This document shows, in pieces, positions 17,926 through 28,385 of a stretch of DNA of 64,000 nt. This DNA is from an uncultured Chloroflexia bacterium (GTDB lineage Bacteria > Chloroflexota > Limnocylindria > Limnocylindrales > CSP1-4): positions 224,001 through 288,000 of the forward strand of contig CAVRGP010000015.1 of NCBI GenBank assembly GCA_963720755.1. The letters run 5' to 3'. The notes beneath the pieces were generated by a model. The model saw only the letters and a list, made by a program, of their open reading frames with translations. It made no database searches and was not told where the DNA came from. Position 1 is the stretch's first letter. Every line of letters starts with the position of its first letter. The position numbers and the translations under genes are program-made.

Positions 17926-19308
17926 ATGATCTGCCGTCGATCCATGCGCGGTCTGTCGGCCGCGATCGTCCTCGCCATCGTGGCCGGGTGTGCACAGAGC
18001 GCCACGACACCTGCGTCGTCGCCATCCTCATCATCGTGCGGCAGCCAGTCGGTCGCCGGAAATCCCCGCGCATCCGAGGCCGGAAACCTGCTCATCATCG
18101 GCCGGATCCTGACGATGGACGAGCCGCCCATCGCGGAGGCGGTCCTGGTCGAAGACGGAGCCGTTGTTGCCGTCGGCGGCCGGGCCGAGCTGTCGGAGCT
18201 CGCCTGCGACGACGTGCCGGTCATCGACCTCGGCCAGAGCGTCGCGTACCCTGGGTTCATCGATGCCCATGCGCACTGGATCGGGGACCGCGACCGCTAC
18301 GGTATCCGCTCGCCCGAGGAGGCGATGGATGCGGCCATCTCCCGGGGCTGGACGTCGATCTCCGAGCAATGGGTCAACCCGCAGCGTCTCCTCGAGCTTG
18401 AGACCCTCGCGGCCGATGGCGCCATGCCCTTCCGTGTCGACGCCTATCTCGCCCTCAACTACGCGACTGCATTCCTCGGGGACTGGTATGTCGATCGCGA
18501 GCCCGGCCCCGTCGGCGACCACCTGCGCGTCCGTGGTCTGAAGATCCACCTCGACGATGGCCCGGGCAAGATCATCAACTGGGAACCGGCGGAGCTGACC
18601 GCGACCATCGGACGGGCGAACGAGGCCGGCTGGCAGATCTCCGTCCACTCCGTGAGTGCGGCGGCCCTGGACCTGGCGCTCGATGCGTTCGAGGCGTCGA
18701 TCGGCCCGACCGGGCCGAACCCTCTCCATCATCGGATCGAGCACCTCATCCAGGTGACCGATGACCAGCTGGCTCGCGTCGTCGCGATGGACATCGCTGC
18801 CGTGATCCACCTTGACGGAGCCGCCGACTGGATTCTCGACCCGAGGGTGCTGGCTGAATTCGATCGGGACGATCCCGGCGAGGCAGCGGAACTGCTCGCC
18901 CGCTGGCGAGATCTCGTGGACGCCGGGCTGCATGTCGCGTCGGCGACCGACGCGCCATGGACCTTCGAGGACGGGCTGGTCGATGACATCGGTCGGCCCT
19001 TCGACCAGATCGCGGCCGGGATGGACGGGCGAGTTCGTACGAGGCCGGACACACCCGATTGGTTGCTCGACCAGTTGCTGACCGCGGAGCAGGGGCTCCG
19101 GGCGGTGACCTCGGACGCTGCCTGGGCCGTCGGCGACGAGGAGCGTCGAGGCCACCTCGCCCCGGGCGCCCTCGGCGACGTGACCATCCTGTCCGGCGAC
19201 GTCACCTCCGCCACTCCCGACGAGATCCGGGCGATGGATGTCGTCGCGACGATCGTAGGTGGGACCGTCATCCACTGTTCCGACGCCGAGGTCTGCGGCA
19301 AGGACTGA
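17926..19308 (+). CDS. Amidohydrolase family 3 (YtcJ-like) metallo-hydrolase, probable lipoprotein
   Basis: Lipobox LAIVAGC; PGFIDAHAH, KIHLDD, HRIEH, ATDAPW, RGHLAPGALGDVTILS. Confidence 0.82.
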   Translation: MICRRSMRGLSAAIVLAIVAGCAQSATTPASSPSSSSCGSQSVAGNPRASEAGNLLIIGRILTMDEPPIAEAVLVEDGAVVAVGGRAELSELACDDVPVIDLGQSVAYPGFIDAHAHWIGDRDRYGIRSPEEAMDAAISRGWTSISEQWVNPQRLLELETLAADGAMPFRVDAYLALNYATAFLGDWYVDREPGPVGDHLRVRGLKIHLDDGPGKIINWEPAELTATIGRANEAGWQISVHSVSAAALDLALDAFEASIGPTGPNPLHHRIEHLIQVTDDQLARVVAMDIAAVIHLDGAADWILDPRVLAEFDRDDPGEAAELLARWRDLVDAGLHVASATDAPWTFEDGLVDDIGRPFDQIAAGMDGRVRTRPDTPDWLLDQLLTAEQGLRAVTSDAAWAVGDEERRGHLAPGALGDVTILSGDVTSATPDEIRAMDVVATIVGGTVIHCSDAEVCGKD

Positions 19309-19409
19309 CGCACACCGAGAGCTGCGGATCGCCCATTGCATACCGGGTCGCGCGTCGAGTCGAGGAGATGGCGTGCATGCGACCCGGTCGCGACGTGTAG
19401 ATTCCCCTG

Positions 19410-20324
19410 ATGACCGACCGCGATGCCCGGCCTGCCGGGACCCGATCCATCGAGGCGATCCAGGACGACTTCCGGGGCCGCGACTACATCGCCGATCGGT
19501 CTCTCGCGACCGCGGTCTTCCTGGCCCTCGAGTTGGGTCGCCCGCTGCTGCTCGAAGGCGAGGCCGGCGTCGGGAAGACGGAGCTTGCCAAGGTGCTCGC
19601 GGTGTCGCTCGGCGCTCCGCTCATCCGGCTGCAGTGCTATGAGGGCCTCGACGTCAACACGGCCGTCTACGAGTGGAACTATCCACGCCAGATGCTGGAG
19701 ATCCGCCTGCTCGAGGCCCGCGGTGAGGCGGATCGCGCCACCGCCCACGACATCTTCGGGGCGGACTTCCTCATCCGACGGCCTCTCCTCCAGGCCCTGG
19801 AGGCGCCCGAGGGGATCGCCCCGGTCCTGCTCATCGATGAGATCGACCGGGCCGACGAGGAGTTCGAGGCATACCTCCTGGAGATCCTGTCCGATTTCCA
19901 GGTGACGGTCCCGGAGATCGGCACGATCAAGGCGCTGACACCGCCCAGGGTCATCCTCACCTCGAACCGGACACGCGAAGTCCACGATGCGCTGAAGCGC
20001 CGATGCCTCTATCACTGGATCGACTATCCGACCGCCCAGAAGGAATACGAGATCGTCCTGGCCAAGGTCCCGGACGCTCCGGAACGCCTCGCCCGCGAGG
20101 TCGTCGGCTTCATCCACCGGCTGCGCGAGGCGGATCTGACCAAGGTGCCCGGGATCGCCGAGACGCTCGACTGGGCAGCAGCCCTCCTGTCGCTCGGTGC
20201 TCGCGAGCTTGCGCCCGAGTTGGTCGACGAGACCCTCGGCGTCATCCTCAAGTACGAGGAGGACATCCGCCAGGTTCGGGGTGACGGGACCCGCCGCTAT
20301 CTCGACGAGGCCGCTGCCGGCTGA
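19410..20324 (+). CDS. coxD: MoxR-family AAA+ ATPase (CODH maturation)
   Basis: LLEGEAGVGKTE, LIRLQCYEGLD, LLIDEIDRADEEFEA, EVHDALKRRCLYHWIDYP. Confidence 0.9.
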   Translation: MTDRDARPAGTRSIEAIQDDFRGRDYIADRSLATAVFLALELGRPLLLEGEAGVGKTELAKVLAVSLGAPLIRLQCYEGLDVNTAVYEWNYPRQMLEIRLLEARGEADRATAHDIFGADFLIRRPLLQALEAPEGIAPVLLIDEIDRADEEFEAYLLEILSDFQVTVPEIGTIKALTPPRVILTSNRTREVHDALKRRCLYHWIDYPTAQKEYEIVLAKVPDAPERLAREVVGFIHRLREADLTKVPGIAETLDWAAALLSLGARELAPELVDETLGVILKYEEDIRQVRGDGTRRYLDEAAAG

Positions 20325-20344
20325 CCAGCCGGCACGATCGCCCG

Positions 20345-21733
20345 ATGTCTGATCCAGCCATCATCCGCGCGCCGTTCGGCCCGGAGGTGGATGGCCGGCG
20401 CCTGTTGCGCGAAGCGGTCGGGTTCGGCCGGTCGTTGCGCGTCGCACACCTGTCGATCGATCTCGGCGCAGCCGTCGATTTCGCTCGCGCACTGACGCTC
20501 GTCGACCTGTCGGATCGGGAGCAGGTCCGGGCGGCCGGTGCTGCCGTCTTCGTCCGGCGGCGCGACGAGCGGGCCGTCTACGATGCCGCCTTCGATCGGT
20601 GGTGGCGGCAGCGCGGATCGGCCTTCTCGGACGAGTTCCAGCCGCCGACCCTCGGGATGCCCGACGATTCCCCGGCGGAGGACGAAATGCCCGGGGCGAC
20701 ACCGCCGGAAGACGGTCAGCCGCGAGGGCAGATGGCCCCCGACGAGCGTGGCATCCCGATCCCGACCGGCGAGGACGGCGACGACGATGAGGACAGCCCC
20801 ATCGAGGGCGTGGTCGTGGCTCCGGACGCGTACTCGCAGGGCGAAGTCCTCCGGCACCGGGAGTTCGACCGCATGACGCCGGCCGAGTTGCGCGAAGCCG
20901 AGCGCCTCGTCGACCTCCTCGTCCCGAGCCTGGAGCGGCGCCGGACGCGTCGATATGAACTCCACGCACACGGTCGCCGACTTGCTCCGCGGGCGATGTT
21001 CAGGAGGAATCTCGGGACCGGCGGCCAGATGCTCGACTGGGTCTGGAAGCGACAAGTCCGCGAACCCCGATCGCTCGTGGTCCTGTGCGACATCTCCGGT
21101 TCCATGGAACGGCATTCGCGTCTGCTGCTGCGTTTCGTGCAGGCGTTGTCCGCGGCGTCGGAGGTCCGGACCGAGTCATTCGTGTTCGGGACGCGCCTGA
21201 CCCGGGTGACGCGCCTGCTGCGCGATCGCGATCGCGACCGGGCGCTCGCTCGAGTCGCCGACTCGGTCAACGACTGGGCCGGCGGGACCCGGATCGGGGA
21301 GTCCTTCCGCACCTTCAACCAGCAATGGGCGCGGCGGTCACTCCGAACGTCCGGGGTCGTGATCGTGGTGTCCGACGGGTGGGACCGGGGGGATCCAAAC
21401 CTCGTTGCCACCGAGACGGCCCGACTCCGGCGGAATTGTCACCGCCTCATCTGGCTCAATCCGCTCGCCGGCACACCTGGGTACCAGCCGCTGGCCGGCG
21501 GGATGCGGGCCGCGTATCCCTATGTCGACGACTTCCTGCCGGCCGGGACGGTCGCTTCGCTCGAGCGGCTCGGCGAGATCCTCGGTGGTGTCCGGGCCAG
21601 TGACACGCGACGAGGGAGCGAAGCCGCAGCCCATGCGGCGATGCCCGGGACCGGCGGCCCAGCCGTCGGCCTTCCCCCGTCATTCGTCGGCGGTGAGACC
21701 ATCGATCGGAACGCAGCGAGGCCATTGCGGTGA
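20345..21733 (+). CDS. coxE: VWA-domain CoxE-like protein
   Basis: LCDISGSMERHS, FVFGTRLTRVT, WAGGTRIGES, VSDGWDRGD, LIWLNPL. Follows coxD. Confidence 0.9.
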   Translation: MSDPAIIRAPFGPEVDGRRLLREAVGFGRSLRVAHLSIDLGAAVDFARALTLVDLSDREQVRAAGAAVFVRRRDERAVYDAAFDRWWRQRGSAFSDEFQPPTLGMPDDSPAEDEMPGATPPEDGQPRGQMAPDERGIPIPTGEDGDDDEDSPIEGVVVAPDAYSQGEVLRHREFDRMTPAELREAERLVDLLVPSLERRRTRRYELHAHGRRLAPRAMFRRNLGTGGQMLDWVWKRQVREPRSLVVLCDISGSMERHSRLLLRFVQALSAASEVRTESFVFGTRLTRVTRLLRDRDRDRALARVADSVNDWAGGTRIGESFRTFNQQWARRSLRTSGVVIVVSDGWDRGDPNLVATETARLRRNCHRLIWLNPLAGTPGYQPLAGGMRAAYPYVDDFLPAGTVASLERLGEILGGVRASDTRRGSEAAAHAAMPGTGGPAVGLPPSFVGGETIDRNAARPLR

Positions 21734-22869
21734 AGGAACTCCTCGATACGCTCGACGGCTGGGGATCGGTTGGTATCGATCCGACCGAGATCGGCCGTGC
21801 GGTGGTGGTCCGGACCTTCGGGTCCGCCCCCCGACCGGAAGGGGCCGTCCTCCTGTATGCGACGGATGGCCGGATCGCCGGCTCGGTCAGCGGCGGGTGC
21901 GTCGAGGGCGCAGCCGCCGAGGAGATCGACCGGGCGAGGGCCACCGGCCACGCTCGAGTCATCCGGTACGGGATCAGCGACGAGGAGGCATGGGACGTCG
22001 GCCTGGCCTGCGGCGGCACGATCGACGTACTCGTCGAGCCGGTCGTGCCGATCGCCGTGATCGAGGCGGCGCGTCAGTCGGTCGGGGCGGGTGGCCATGG
22101 TTCGGCCGTCATCACGCCGCTCCCCGCCGATTCGCCACCGGGCGCCTTCGGTCCCCACGCACCGGGCGACGGCGCGCCGCCCGAAGCCGGTTTGGTGGTG
22201 GCTGATGATGGGGGAGTGGCGGGGACGACCGGTTCGGAGGACCTGGACGCGACCCTGAGGGATGCGGCGATGACGGCGCTGCAGCGAGGTCTGTCACGGA
22301 CCGTGGACCTGGGCGATCGCTCGTACTTCATCGAGGTCTTCCCCGTCCGGCCGAGACTCGTCATGGTCGGCGGTGTGGAAGTCGCTCGCTCGCTCGCGCG
22401 CCTGGCCGGCGAACTCGGGTTCGAGACGGTGGTCGTCGACGGCCGTGCCGCCTTCGCGACCCGGGAGCGGTTCCCCGATGTGGATGAACTGGTCGTCGGG
22501 TGGCCCGATGAGGTAGCCGAAGAGATCGGCCTCGGTCCGAACGATGCGGTCGCGGTCCTGTCGCATGACGTCAAGTTCGATGAGCCGGCAATCGTCGAGG
22601 CGTTGCGACGCGGTTGTCGGTACGTCGGCGCGGTGGGGTCGCGCAAGACCCAGGCGGATCGGCGTGCGCGGCTCCTCGCGGCGGGTGTCACCGAATCGGA
22701 GCTGGCACGACTGCGCGGCCCGGTCGGTCTCGACCTCGGCGGGCGGGCGCCCGCGGAGACCGCCCTGGCCATCCTGGCCGAGATCGTCGCCGAGCGGTAC
22801 GGCGGTTCCGGTCGGCCGATGCAGGAGCAGGCGATCGCGACGCCGGGCGCGGCGGTGTCACCCGGCTGA
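21730..22869 (+). CDS. XdhC/CoxI family molybdenum-cofactor insertion chaperone
   Basis: GSAPRPEGA, GSVSGGCVEG, VGLACGGTIDV, YVGAVGSR, GPVGLDLGGRAPAETALAILAEI. Confidence 0.9.
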   Translation: MKELLDTLDGWGSVGIDPTEIGRAVVVRTFGSAPRPEGAVLLYATDGRIAGSVSGGCVEGAAAEEIDRARATGHARVIRYGISDEEAWDVGLACGGTIDVLVEPVVPIAVIEAARQSVGAGGHGSAVITPLPADSPPGAFGPHAPGDGAPPEAGLVVADDGGVAGTTGSEDLDATLRDAAMTALQRGLSRTVDLGDRSYFIEVFPVRPRLVMVGGVEVARSLARLAGELGFETVVVDGRAAFATRERFPDVDELVVGWPDEVAEEIGLGPNDAVAVLSHDVKFDEPAIVEALRRGCRYVGAVGSRKTQADRRARLLAAGVTESELARLRGPVGLDLGGRAPAETALAILAEIVAERYGGSGRPMQEQAIATPGAAVSPG

Positions 22870-22925
22870 ACCGTCGGCAGGTCGGGCGCTCTCCGGGCCC
22901 GCGGGTATCCCTGCGCGGTTGCTCA

Positions 22926-22991
22926 CCGGGTAATCCCTGATCGCAGTCGCGGGTGTGCCCCGATGGCATCAACGGGCTGGTCCACGACGCT
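22926..22991 (+). promoter_or_regulatory. Response-regulator box promoter 1: CCGGG-TAAT-CCCTG-N10-CGGGTGTGCCCCGATG-N20-GACGCT
   Basis: Same architecture and spacing as the sites at 28386 and 30349. Confidence 0.7.
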
Positions 22992-23066
22992 GTCCAGGCA
23001 CCGGGGATACCGGGGCAGGACATGGAGTCGGCCTTCACACGACCTCCGGATCGCAGAGAGGTCCCT

Positions 23067-23573
23067 ATGGATACACCCCGCATCCCCGGCCGGTCCGCCG
23101 GGCTGGCTCTCTTGGTCGTGGCGCTCGCGGCTGCATGCACCCCGGCTGTCTCCCAGTCGCCGTCCCCGACGGCTTCGTCGACTGCCGCCTCGTCGGCGCT
23201 GCCGATGACCACCCCAGCGGTCTCGTTGGTGGTTGCCGCCGGCGCTGTGACCGTGGACATCTCCGATGGATCGGGGACGCTGGTCGAAGCACGATCCGGG
23301 ACGCCCGGGGACGGCGCATCGGTCGTCCCGTACGAGGTGGCGGTCACGAACGTGGACGCTTCCACGTTGCGGCTCATCTGGAGCGGCGGTCCATGCGACG
23401 TCGAAGACAGCCTGTCGATCGATGCGTCCGGGCGCGCATTCCTGCTCGTGGAGCCGGAGTGCCCGGGTGACGACGTCGCCTTCGACCGGATCCTCGACCT
23501 CCGATTCTCGCGGGCCATCGACGCCTCCGACGTCGAGGCCCGCCTCCAGGACGGCGTGGATACGTCGTCCTGA
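23067..23573 (+). CDS. Hypothetical lipoprotein
   Basis: Lipobox ALAAAC, Ser/Thr linker, domain with WSGGPC...C. GAGG RBS. Confidence 0.7.
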   Translation: MDTPRIPGRSAGLALLVVALAAACTPAVSQSPSPTASSTAASSALPMTTPAVSLVVAAGAVTVDISDGSGTLVEARSGTPGDGASVVPYEVAVTNVDASTLRLIWSGGPCDVEDSLSIDASGRAFLLVEPECPGDDVAFDRILDLRFSRAIDASDVEARLQDGVDTSS

Positions 23574-23632
23574 CCCACACCCAACGAAGCCGGATCGCCG
23601 ATCGGGGCGATCCGGACGGAAGGAGCGAATGA

Positions 23633-24568
23633 ATGAACCGCATCATCGGCATCGCGACCGCGATTCTCCTCGGCCTGTTCGTCCTGCTACCGGTCGCCGC
23701 CGCGGCCGAGCCGTGGGACCACGCGGACCACATCATCATCAGCACCGGTGGGGACATCACGCTTCCAGCCGGTCACCACGTCGACCTGCTGGTTGTCAAT
23801 GACGGCGCAGCGACGATCCTCGGCGATGCCGACGGCGTCGTCGTGGTCAACGGGTCGGCTGCCTTCGTTGGGTCGACCGCATCCGGGATCGTCGCTGTGT
23901 CAAGCACGGTGACCCTGGACAGCGCGACGACCATCTCGGGTGACATCCGTACGTTCGAGTCGTCCGTCGTGCAGGCGCCCGGATCGGTCGTGCAAGGACA
24001 GATCGTGGAAGGTGCCGACGGCGTCGACTGGCCCGGCACAGCGGCGGTTCTTGCCTCGGTGGCGATCCTGATCTACCTCGGCTTCTACGTGCTCGCCGCG
24101 GCGACGGGGCTCGTGGCGGCTGGAGTGGCCTCGCGCCAGCTCCGGGCGGCCGGGGCCCTGATCCAGGGTGAACCGGGTGCGACGATCGTCGCCGGTCTGG
24201 CCGGATCGATCGGCGTCGTGCTGGCGGCGTTCCTCGCCATGGTGACGATCGTCGGTATCCCGCTCGGGATCGCGATCCTGATCGGCGTCCTGCCGGTGCT
24301 CGCGTTCGCCGGGTACCTGGTCGCGGGCGTCTGGCTCGGCGATCAGATCCTGGCGCGGCTGACTCCGACGGTCACTCGCGAGCGTCCGTATCTCGCCGCG
24401 GTCGTCGGTCTGGCGGTCCTGCAGCTGGTGAGTATCGTCCCGTTCATCGGTGGTGTGGTGGCGTTCCTCGGGTTCGGGGCCGTCGTCCTCCTGCTCTGGC
24501 GGACGTTCCGGGCGACGCCCGAAACGGGTGCTGTCGAGGCGACGGGGATGGCCGGCGCCGTCAGCTGA
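23633..24568 (+). CDS. Membrane protein with N-terminal beta-helix (bactofilin/polymer-forming-like) and multiple C-terminal TM helices
   Basis: Signal peptide, repeated GD/V-rich beta strands, about 5 hydrophobic helices (VTIVGIPLG; IVPFIGGVV). Confidence 0.65.
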   Translation: MNRIIGIATAILLGLFVLLPVAAAAEPWDHADHIIISTGGDITLPAGHHVDLLVVNDGAATILGDADGVVVVNGSAAFVGSTASGIVAVSSTVTLDSATTISGDIRTFESSVVQAPGSVVQGQIVEGADGVDWPGTAAVLASVAILIYLGFYVLAAATGLVAAGVASRQLRAAGALIQGEPGATIVAGLAGSIGVVLAAFLAMVTIVGIPLGIAILIGVLPVLAFAGYLVAGVWLGDQILARLTPTVTRERPYLAAVVGLAVLQLVSIVPFIGGVVAFLGFGAVVLLLWRTFRATPETGAVEATGMAGAVS

Positions 24569-24781
24569 CGACTCGCGGAACTCGGACTGGCCCGGTCGAC
24601 GTCAGGTCGGCCGGGTCCGTCGGCGTGCGCCCGGTAGGCCGAATGGCTCTGGCGTCGGACGGCGGTCCGGGTCGACAGTCTGGGCGAACGGTGGGCGTCG
24701 CTGCGCTCCTGGGGTATGGCGTGCAGGCCCCCGAGCCGTCGCCCGAACTCAGACAACGGGCGGCATCCGAGGAGGAACCCG

Positions 24782-25516
24782 ATGCACGGCACCGATCACC
24801 TGGCGCAGGGCAGGATCGCGAGGGTCACTGGAGGGCTCTATCTCGGATTCATCCTGACGTCGGTCCTCGCCGACCTGCTCGGGCACATCGGCCTCGGTAG
24901 CGCGGAGCAGGTCCAGCAGGCGATCGCCACGAATGAACCGTCATTCCGCCTCGGTCTGGTGGTTGCCCTGATCTCGGCATTCCTCTTTGTCATGGCCGCC
25001 TGGGGCCTCTTCGTCCTTCTGCGACCGGTCAACCGGGACCTGGCCCTGCTCTTCCTCGTGCTCAACGCCATCGGCGTGGCGATCCAGTGCGCGAGCATGC
25101 TCCCGCTGGCCGCCGCGATGCTGATGGCGGACGGCACCAACCACCTGCAGGGCTACTCAGCGGGTCAGCTGGAGGGATTGGCGTTCCTGTCCATCAGTGT
25201 CTACAAGACCGGTTTCGTGATGGCGCAGCTGTTCTTCGGGGCATGGCTCTTCCCGCTCGGCTATCTCGTCTACAAGTCCGAGTTCCTTCCACGCGTCCTC
25301 GGGGCGCTTCTCCTCCTTGACGGGGTCGCCGTGATCGTCTGGTTCGTCCAGGCCCTGATCCTGCCGGACTATCCCGCGATCCATGTGCCGGGCCTCGTCG
25401 TGAGCGTCCTCGCGGAGGTCGGGCTGGCGCTGTGGCTCCTCGTCAAGGGCGTCACCATCGTCGACACCGGGAGCGGTGGGGCGACGGCCGATGCCATCGG
25501 CGCGAGTCGTATCTGA
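24782..25516 (+). CDS. DUF4386-family membrane protein
   Basis: ARVTGGLYL, LFVLLRPVNRDLALL, FFGAWLFPLGYLVYKSEFLPRVLG, EVGLALWLLVKG. GGAGG RBS. Confidence 0.8.
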   Translation: MHGTDHLAQGRIARVTGGLYLGFILTSVLADLLGHIGLGSAEQVQQAIATNEPSFRLGLVVALISAFLFVMAAWGLFVLLRPVNRDLALLFLVLNAIGVAIQCASMLPLAAAMLMADGTNHLQGYSAGQLEGLAFLSISVYKTGFVMAQLFFGAWLFPLGYLVYKSEFLPRVLGALLLLDGVAVIVWFVQALILPDYPAIHVPGLVVSVLAEVGLALWLLVKGVTIVDTGSGGATADAIGASRI

Positions 25517-25571
25517 GGTCCCGTCGCCCGGCCACCAACCTGGATCCCGGGGCGGCACCTGGCCTTCGGGG

Positions 25572-26225
25572 TCAGCCTCGGAGATAGGCCAGCACGGCCA
25601 GGACCCGACGGTGATCGTCGGGAGCCGGCAGCAGTTCGAGCTTCGAGAAGATGTTGGCGATATGCGCTTCGACCGTCTTCGGGGCGAGGAACAGCTGGTC
25701 GCAGATCGCCTGGTTCGAGCGGCCCTCGGCGATCAGCGACAGCACTTCGCGTTCTCGCTCCGTCAAGTCGTCGATCGGGGACTTCTCGCGTCGGCGCCCC
25801 ACGAGCTGGGCGACGACCGCCGGATCGATGACCGACCCGCCCTTGGCGACCCGGCGCACGGCGTCCGACAGTTCGTCAAGGTCGTCGACACGGTCCTTGA
25901 GCAGGTAGCCCATGCCACCCTCGCCATCGGCGACCAGGCGCAGGGCGAAGGTCGTCTCGACGTACTGCGAGAGGACGAGGATCCCGACCGACCTCCCGTG
26001 CTCGGCGCGGATGGCTTCCGCGGCGCGCAGACCCTCGTCGGTATGAGTGGGTGGCATCCGAATGTCGGTGATGACGACATCCGGCTCGTGCTCACGGACC
26101 GCTTTGATCAGGTCCGTTGCATCGCCGGCCTGGGCGACGACCTCGAACCCGGCCTCCGCCAGCAGGCGCGCGATCCCTTCGCGCAACAGCAGGGAGTCGT
26201 CGGCCAGGACGATGCGGAGCGTCAC
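25572..26225 (-). CDS. NarL/LuxR family DNA-binding response regulator
   Basis: ADDSLLLREG, DIRMPPTHTDEG, LTEREREVLSLIAEGRSN...KTVEAHIANIFSKL. Confidence 0.95.
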   Translation of the reverse strand: MTLRIVLADDSLLLREGIARLLAEAGFEVVAQAGDATDLIKAVREHEPDVVITDIRMPPTHTDEGLRAAEAIRAEHGRSVGILVLSQYVETTFALRLVADGEGGMGYLLKDRVDDLDELSDAVRRVAKGGSVIDPAVVAQLVGRRREKSPIDDLTEREREVLSLIAEGRSNQAICDQLFLAPKTVEAHIANIFSKLELLPAPDDHRRVLAVLAYLRG

Positions 26226-26614
26226 AAGGCGGCGACCATACCGAGGATCGCCGCCCCGGACAATTCATCCTTCGGGACGAAACCGACAACCGGGCTGCCG
26301 CTGAGTCGGGGGCCGTACTCGCTGGCCGAACGACTCGAGGTCAGGACGACCAGCGGCTTCGGATCGCCGGCTGCGAGTCGCAGGGCGACCTCGAACCCGT
26401 CGATGTCGGGAAGCCCGATATCGAGCAGGACAAGGTCCGGCCGCAGGGAGCGGAACGCCGTCAGGCCCGAGGCGCCGTCCACCGCCTCGCCGACGACATC
26501 GAGGCCGTCGGCTTCTAGTATTGCCCGCGCCTGACGGCGGAAGCCGGGATTGTCATCGATGATCAGGATCGTCTTCACCGCGACATCGTCGCAGGTCCGG
26601 TCGTGGTCGACCAC
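26222..26614 (-). CDS. Stand-alone receiver (REC) domain response regulator
   Basis: ILIIDDNPGFR, LLDIGLPDIDG, FVPK. The true start may be about 26580. Confidence 0.88.
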   Translation of the reverse strand: MVDHDRTCDDVAVKTILIIDDNPGFRRQARAILEADGLDVVGEAVDGASGLTAFRSLRPDLVLLDIGLPDIDGFEVALRLAAGDPKPLVVLTSSRSASEYGPRLSGSPVVGFVPKDELSGAAILGMVAAL

Positions 26615-26657
26615 AGGGATAACCCGGATGGACCGTGCGATCTCAGGGTCAACCCTG
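26614..26657. promoter_or_regulatory. Two CAGGG-N4-CCC(T/G)G boxes in the divergent RR/HK intergenic region
   Basis: CAGGGATAACCCGG at 26614 and CAGGGTCAACCCTG at 26644 match the target-promoter palindrome, suggesting autoregulation. Confidence 0.6.
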
Positions 26658-26693
26658 CTGTCCCGGCAGGAGGTCGTGTGGCACAGTCACGCG

Positions 26694-28367
26694 ATGCACG
26701 GTCGAACCCTGCGCGTCGTCATCGCGGTCGTCGGCACACTGGTCTCGGTCGGAGCCGAGGTGCTCGCCATCAACGCCGGCGAGCCAGCGCGGGTGGCGTT
26801 GCTCCACCTCGCGATCGGTCTGACCTACCTGTACGGCGGCCTGGCGATCTGGGACCACGCCCCGGCCAACAAGACCGGGATGAAGATGACGGCGGTCGGT
26901 CTGACCTGGTGGTTGCAGGCGATCGCGATGACCGGCCTCCCTGTTTGGGCAGACATTGGGAACGCGCTGTACGACATCCCGACGGTGTACATCTTCGCCC
27001 TGGTCCTGGCCTATCCAAGCGGGCAACTCAGGCCTGGTGCCGACCGTGTGGCGATCGCCATCCTGCTGATCGGCACGACGGCGTTGAACATGGTCCAGTT
27101 CGTCCCTGCGCCCCTCGTCGTCAACGAAGGGATCAATGGTCTCTTCGTCGGGATCGCGCTGGTCACGTTGACCATCGTCATGATCCTGCGCCGCTGGGTC
27201 ACGGCGCCTTCGCGATCGCGCCGAGAGCTCTTGCCCGTCCTCGTCGCCGGGACGGTCTTCATCGTCAGTCTGGCCATCAACCTGGGTCGCCGGATCTTCG
27301 ACGTCTCGGACACCCTGGGCGACGTGCTCGTGGCGATCAACGACCTGGCACCAGCGGCCATCCCGATCGCGCTGCTGATCGGCTTCTTTCGCCAAAGCGA
27401 ATACCGGATGCAGGCCCTGATCGACGCCATCCCGGACCGGATCATCCGGATCAGCCGGGACGGCACCCCGACCAACGTCCGAGGGGTCGGGGCTGGCCCC
27501 GGCGCGTCGCCGACGGCCGTGTCGGTGGCTAGGACCTTCGACCGCATGCGGGGGTGGGTCGGCGTCGAGGCGCAATCGGCGACCCAGCGGGCGCTCGACC
27601 AGGGCGGCGTCCAGACGTTCGACTTCTCGATCGACACGGAGATCGGGCGTCGCGAGTTCGAAGCTCGGGTCACGGCCAGTGGACCGGATGAGGCCACCGC
27701 CATCATCCGGGACTTCACCGATCAGCGAGCCATCGATGCCGAACTCCGGAGGTCGCGGGCGCGCATCGTCGAGGTCGCCGATGCCGAACGACGACGGCTC
27801 GAGCGAGATCTGCACGACGGTGCCCAACAGCGCCTGGTCGCGCTGTCGCTGTCGCTGCGGCTGCTCCGCTCGAAGCTTCACGACACACCGGAGCTGGACC
27901 CGGCGGCAGCGGCCGCCGCGGACGATGCGGCCGAGGAGCTCAGGGTGGCGATCGCCGAGCTGCGCGAACTTGCCCGCGGCATCCATCCGGCGATCCTCAC
28001 CGAGGCTGGACTCGGGCCCGCCCTGACGAACCTGGCGGAACGGTCCGTGGTCCCCGCGGTGGTCACCGACCAACCCGATCGTCGGCTCCCGGCTCCGATC
28101 GAAGCGACGGCCTATTTCGTCGTGTCCGAGGCGCTCGCGAATGCGGCCAAGCACGCCGCGGCAACCAGGGTCGGGATCGGCGTACGGTGCACGGCGACCT
28201 CGTTGCGGGTCGAGGTCAGCGACGATGGCGTCGGTGGCGCCGACCGTGGCCGCGGCACCGGGATCGAGGGGCTGCACGATCGAGTTGCGGCACTCGGCGG
28301 GACGCTGACCGTGGACAGCCCGCCCGGCCAGGGCACCCTCGTGGCGGCGGACATCCCGATCGCCTGA
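26694..28367 (+). CDS. Membrane sensor histidine kinase (HisKA_3 type) with multiple TMs and a PAS-like domain
   Basis: ERRRLERDLHDGAQQRL, EALANAAKH, VSDDGVGG, GTGIEGL. Multi-TM N-terminus. Confidence 0.93.
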   Translation: MHGRTLRVVIAVVGTLVSVGAEVLAINAGEPARVALLHLAIGLTYLYGGLAIWDHAPANKTGMKMTAVGLTWWLQAIAMTGLPVWADIGNALYDIPTVYIFALVLAYPSGQLRPGADRVAIAILLIGTTALNMVQFVPAPLVVNEGINGLFVGIALVTLTIVMILRRWVTAPSRSRRELLPVLVAGTVFIVSLAINLGRRIFDVSDTLGDVLVAINDLAPAAIPIALLIGFFRQSEYRMQALIDAIPDRIIRISRDGTPTNVRGVGAGPGASPTAVSVARTFDRMRGWVGVEAQSATQRALDQGGVQTFDFSIDTEIGRREFEARVTASGPDEATAIIRDFTDQRAIDAELRRSRARIVEVADAERRRLERDLHDGAQQRLVALSLSLRLLRSKLHDTPELDPAAAAAADDAAEELRVAIAELRELARGIHPAILTEAGLGPALTNLAERSVVPAVVTDQPDRRLPAPIEATAYFVVSEALANAAKHAAATRVGIGVRCTATSLRVEVSDDGVGGADRGRGTGIEGLHDRVAALGGTLTVDSPPGQGTLVAADIPIA

Positions 28368-28385
28368 CCCTGCCCGGCGACCGGG

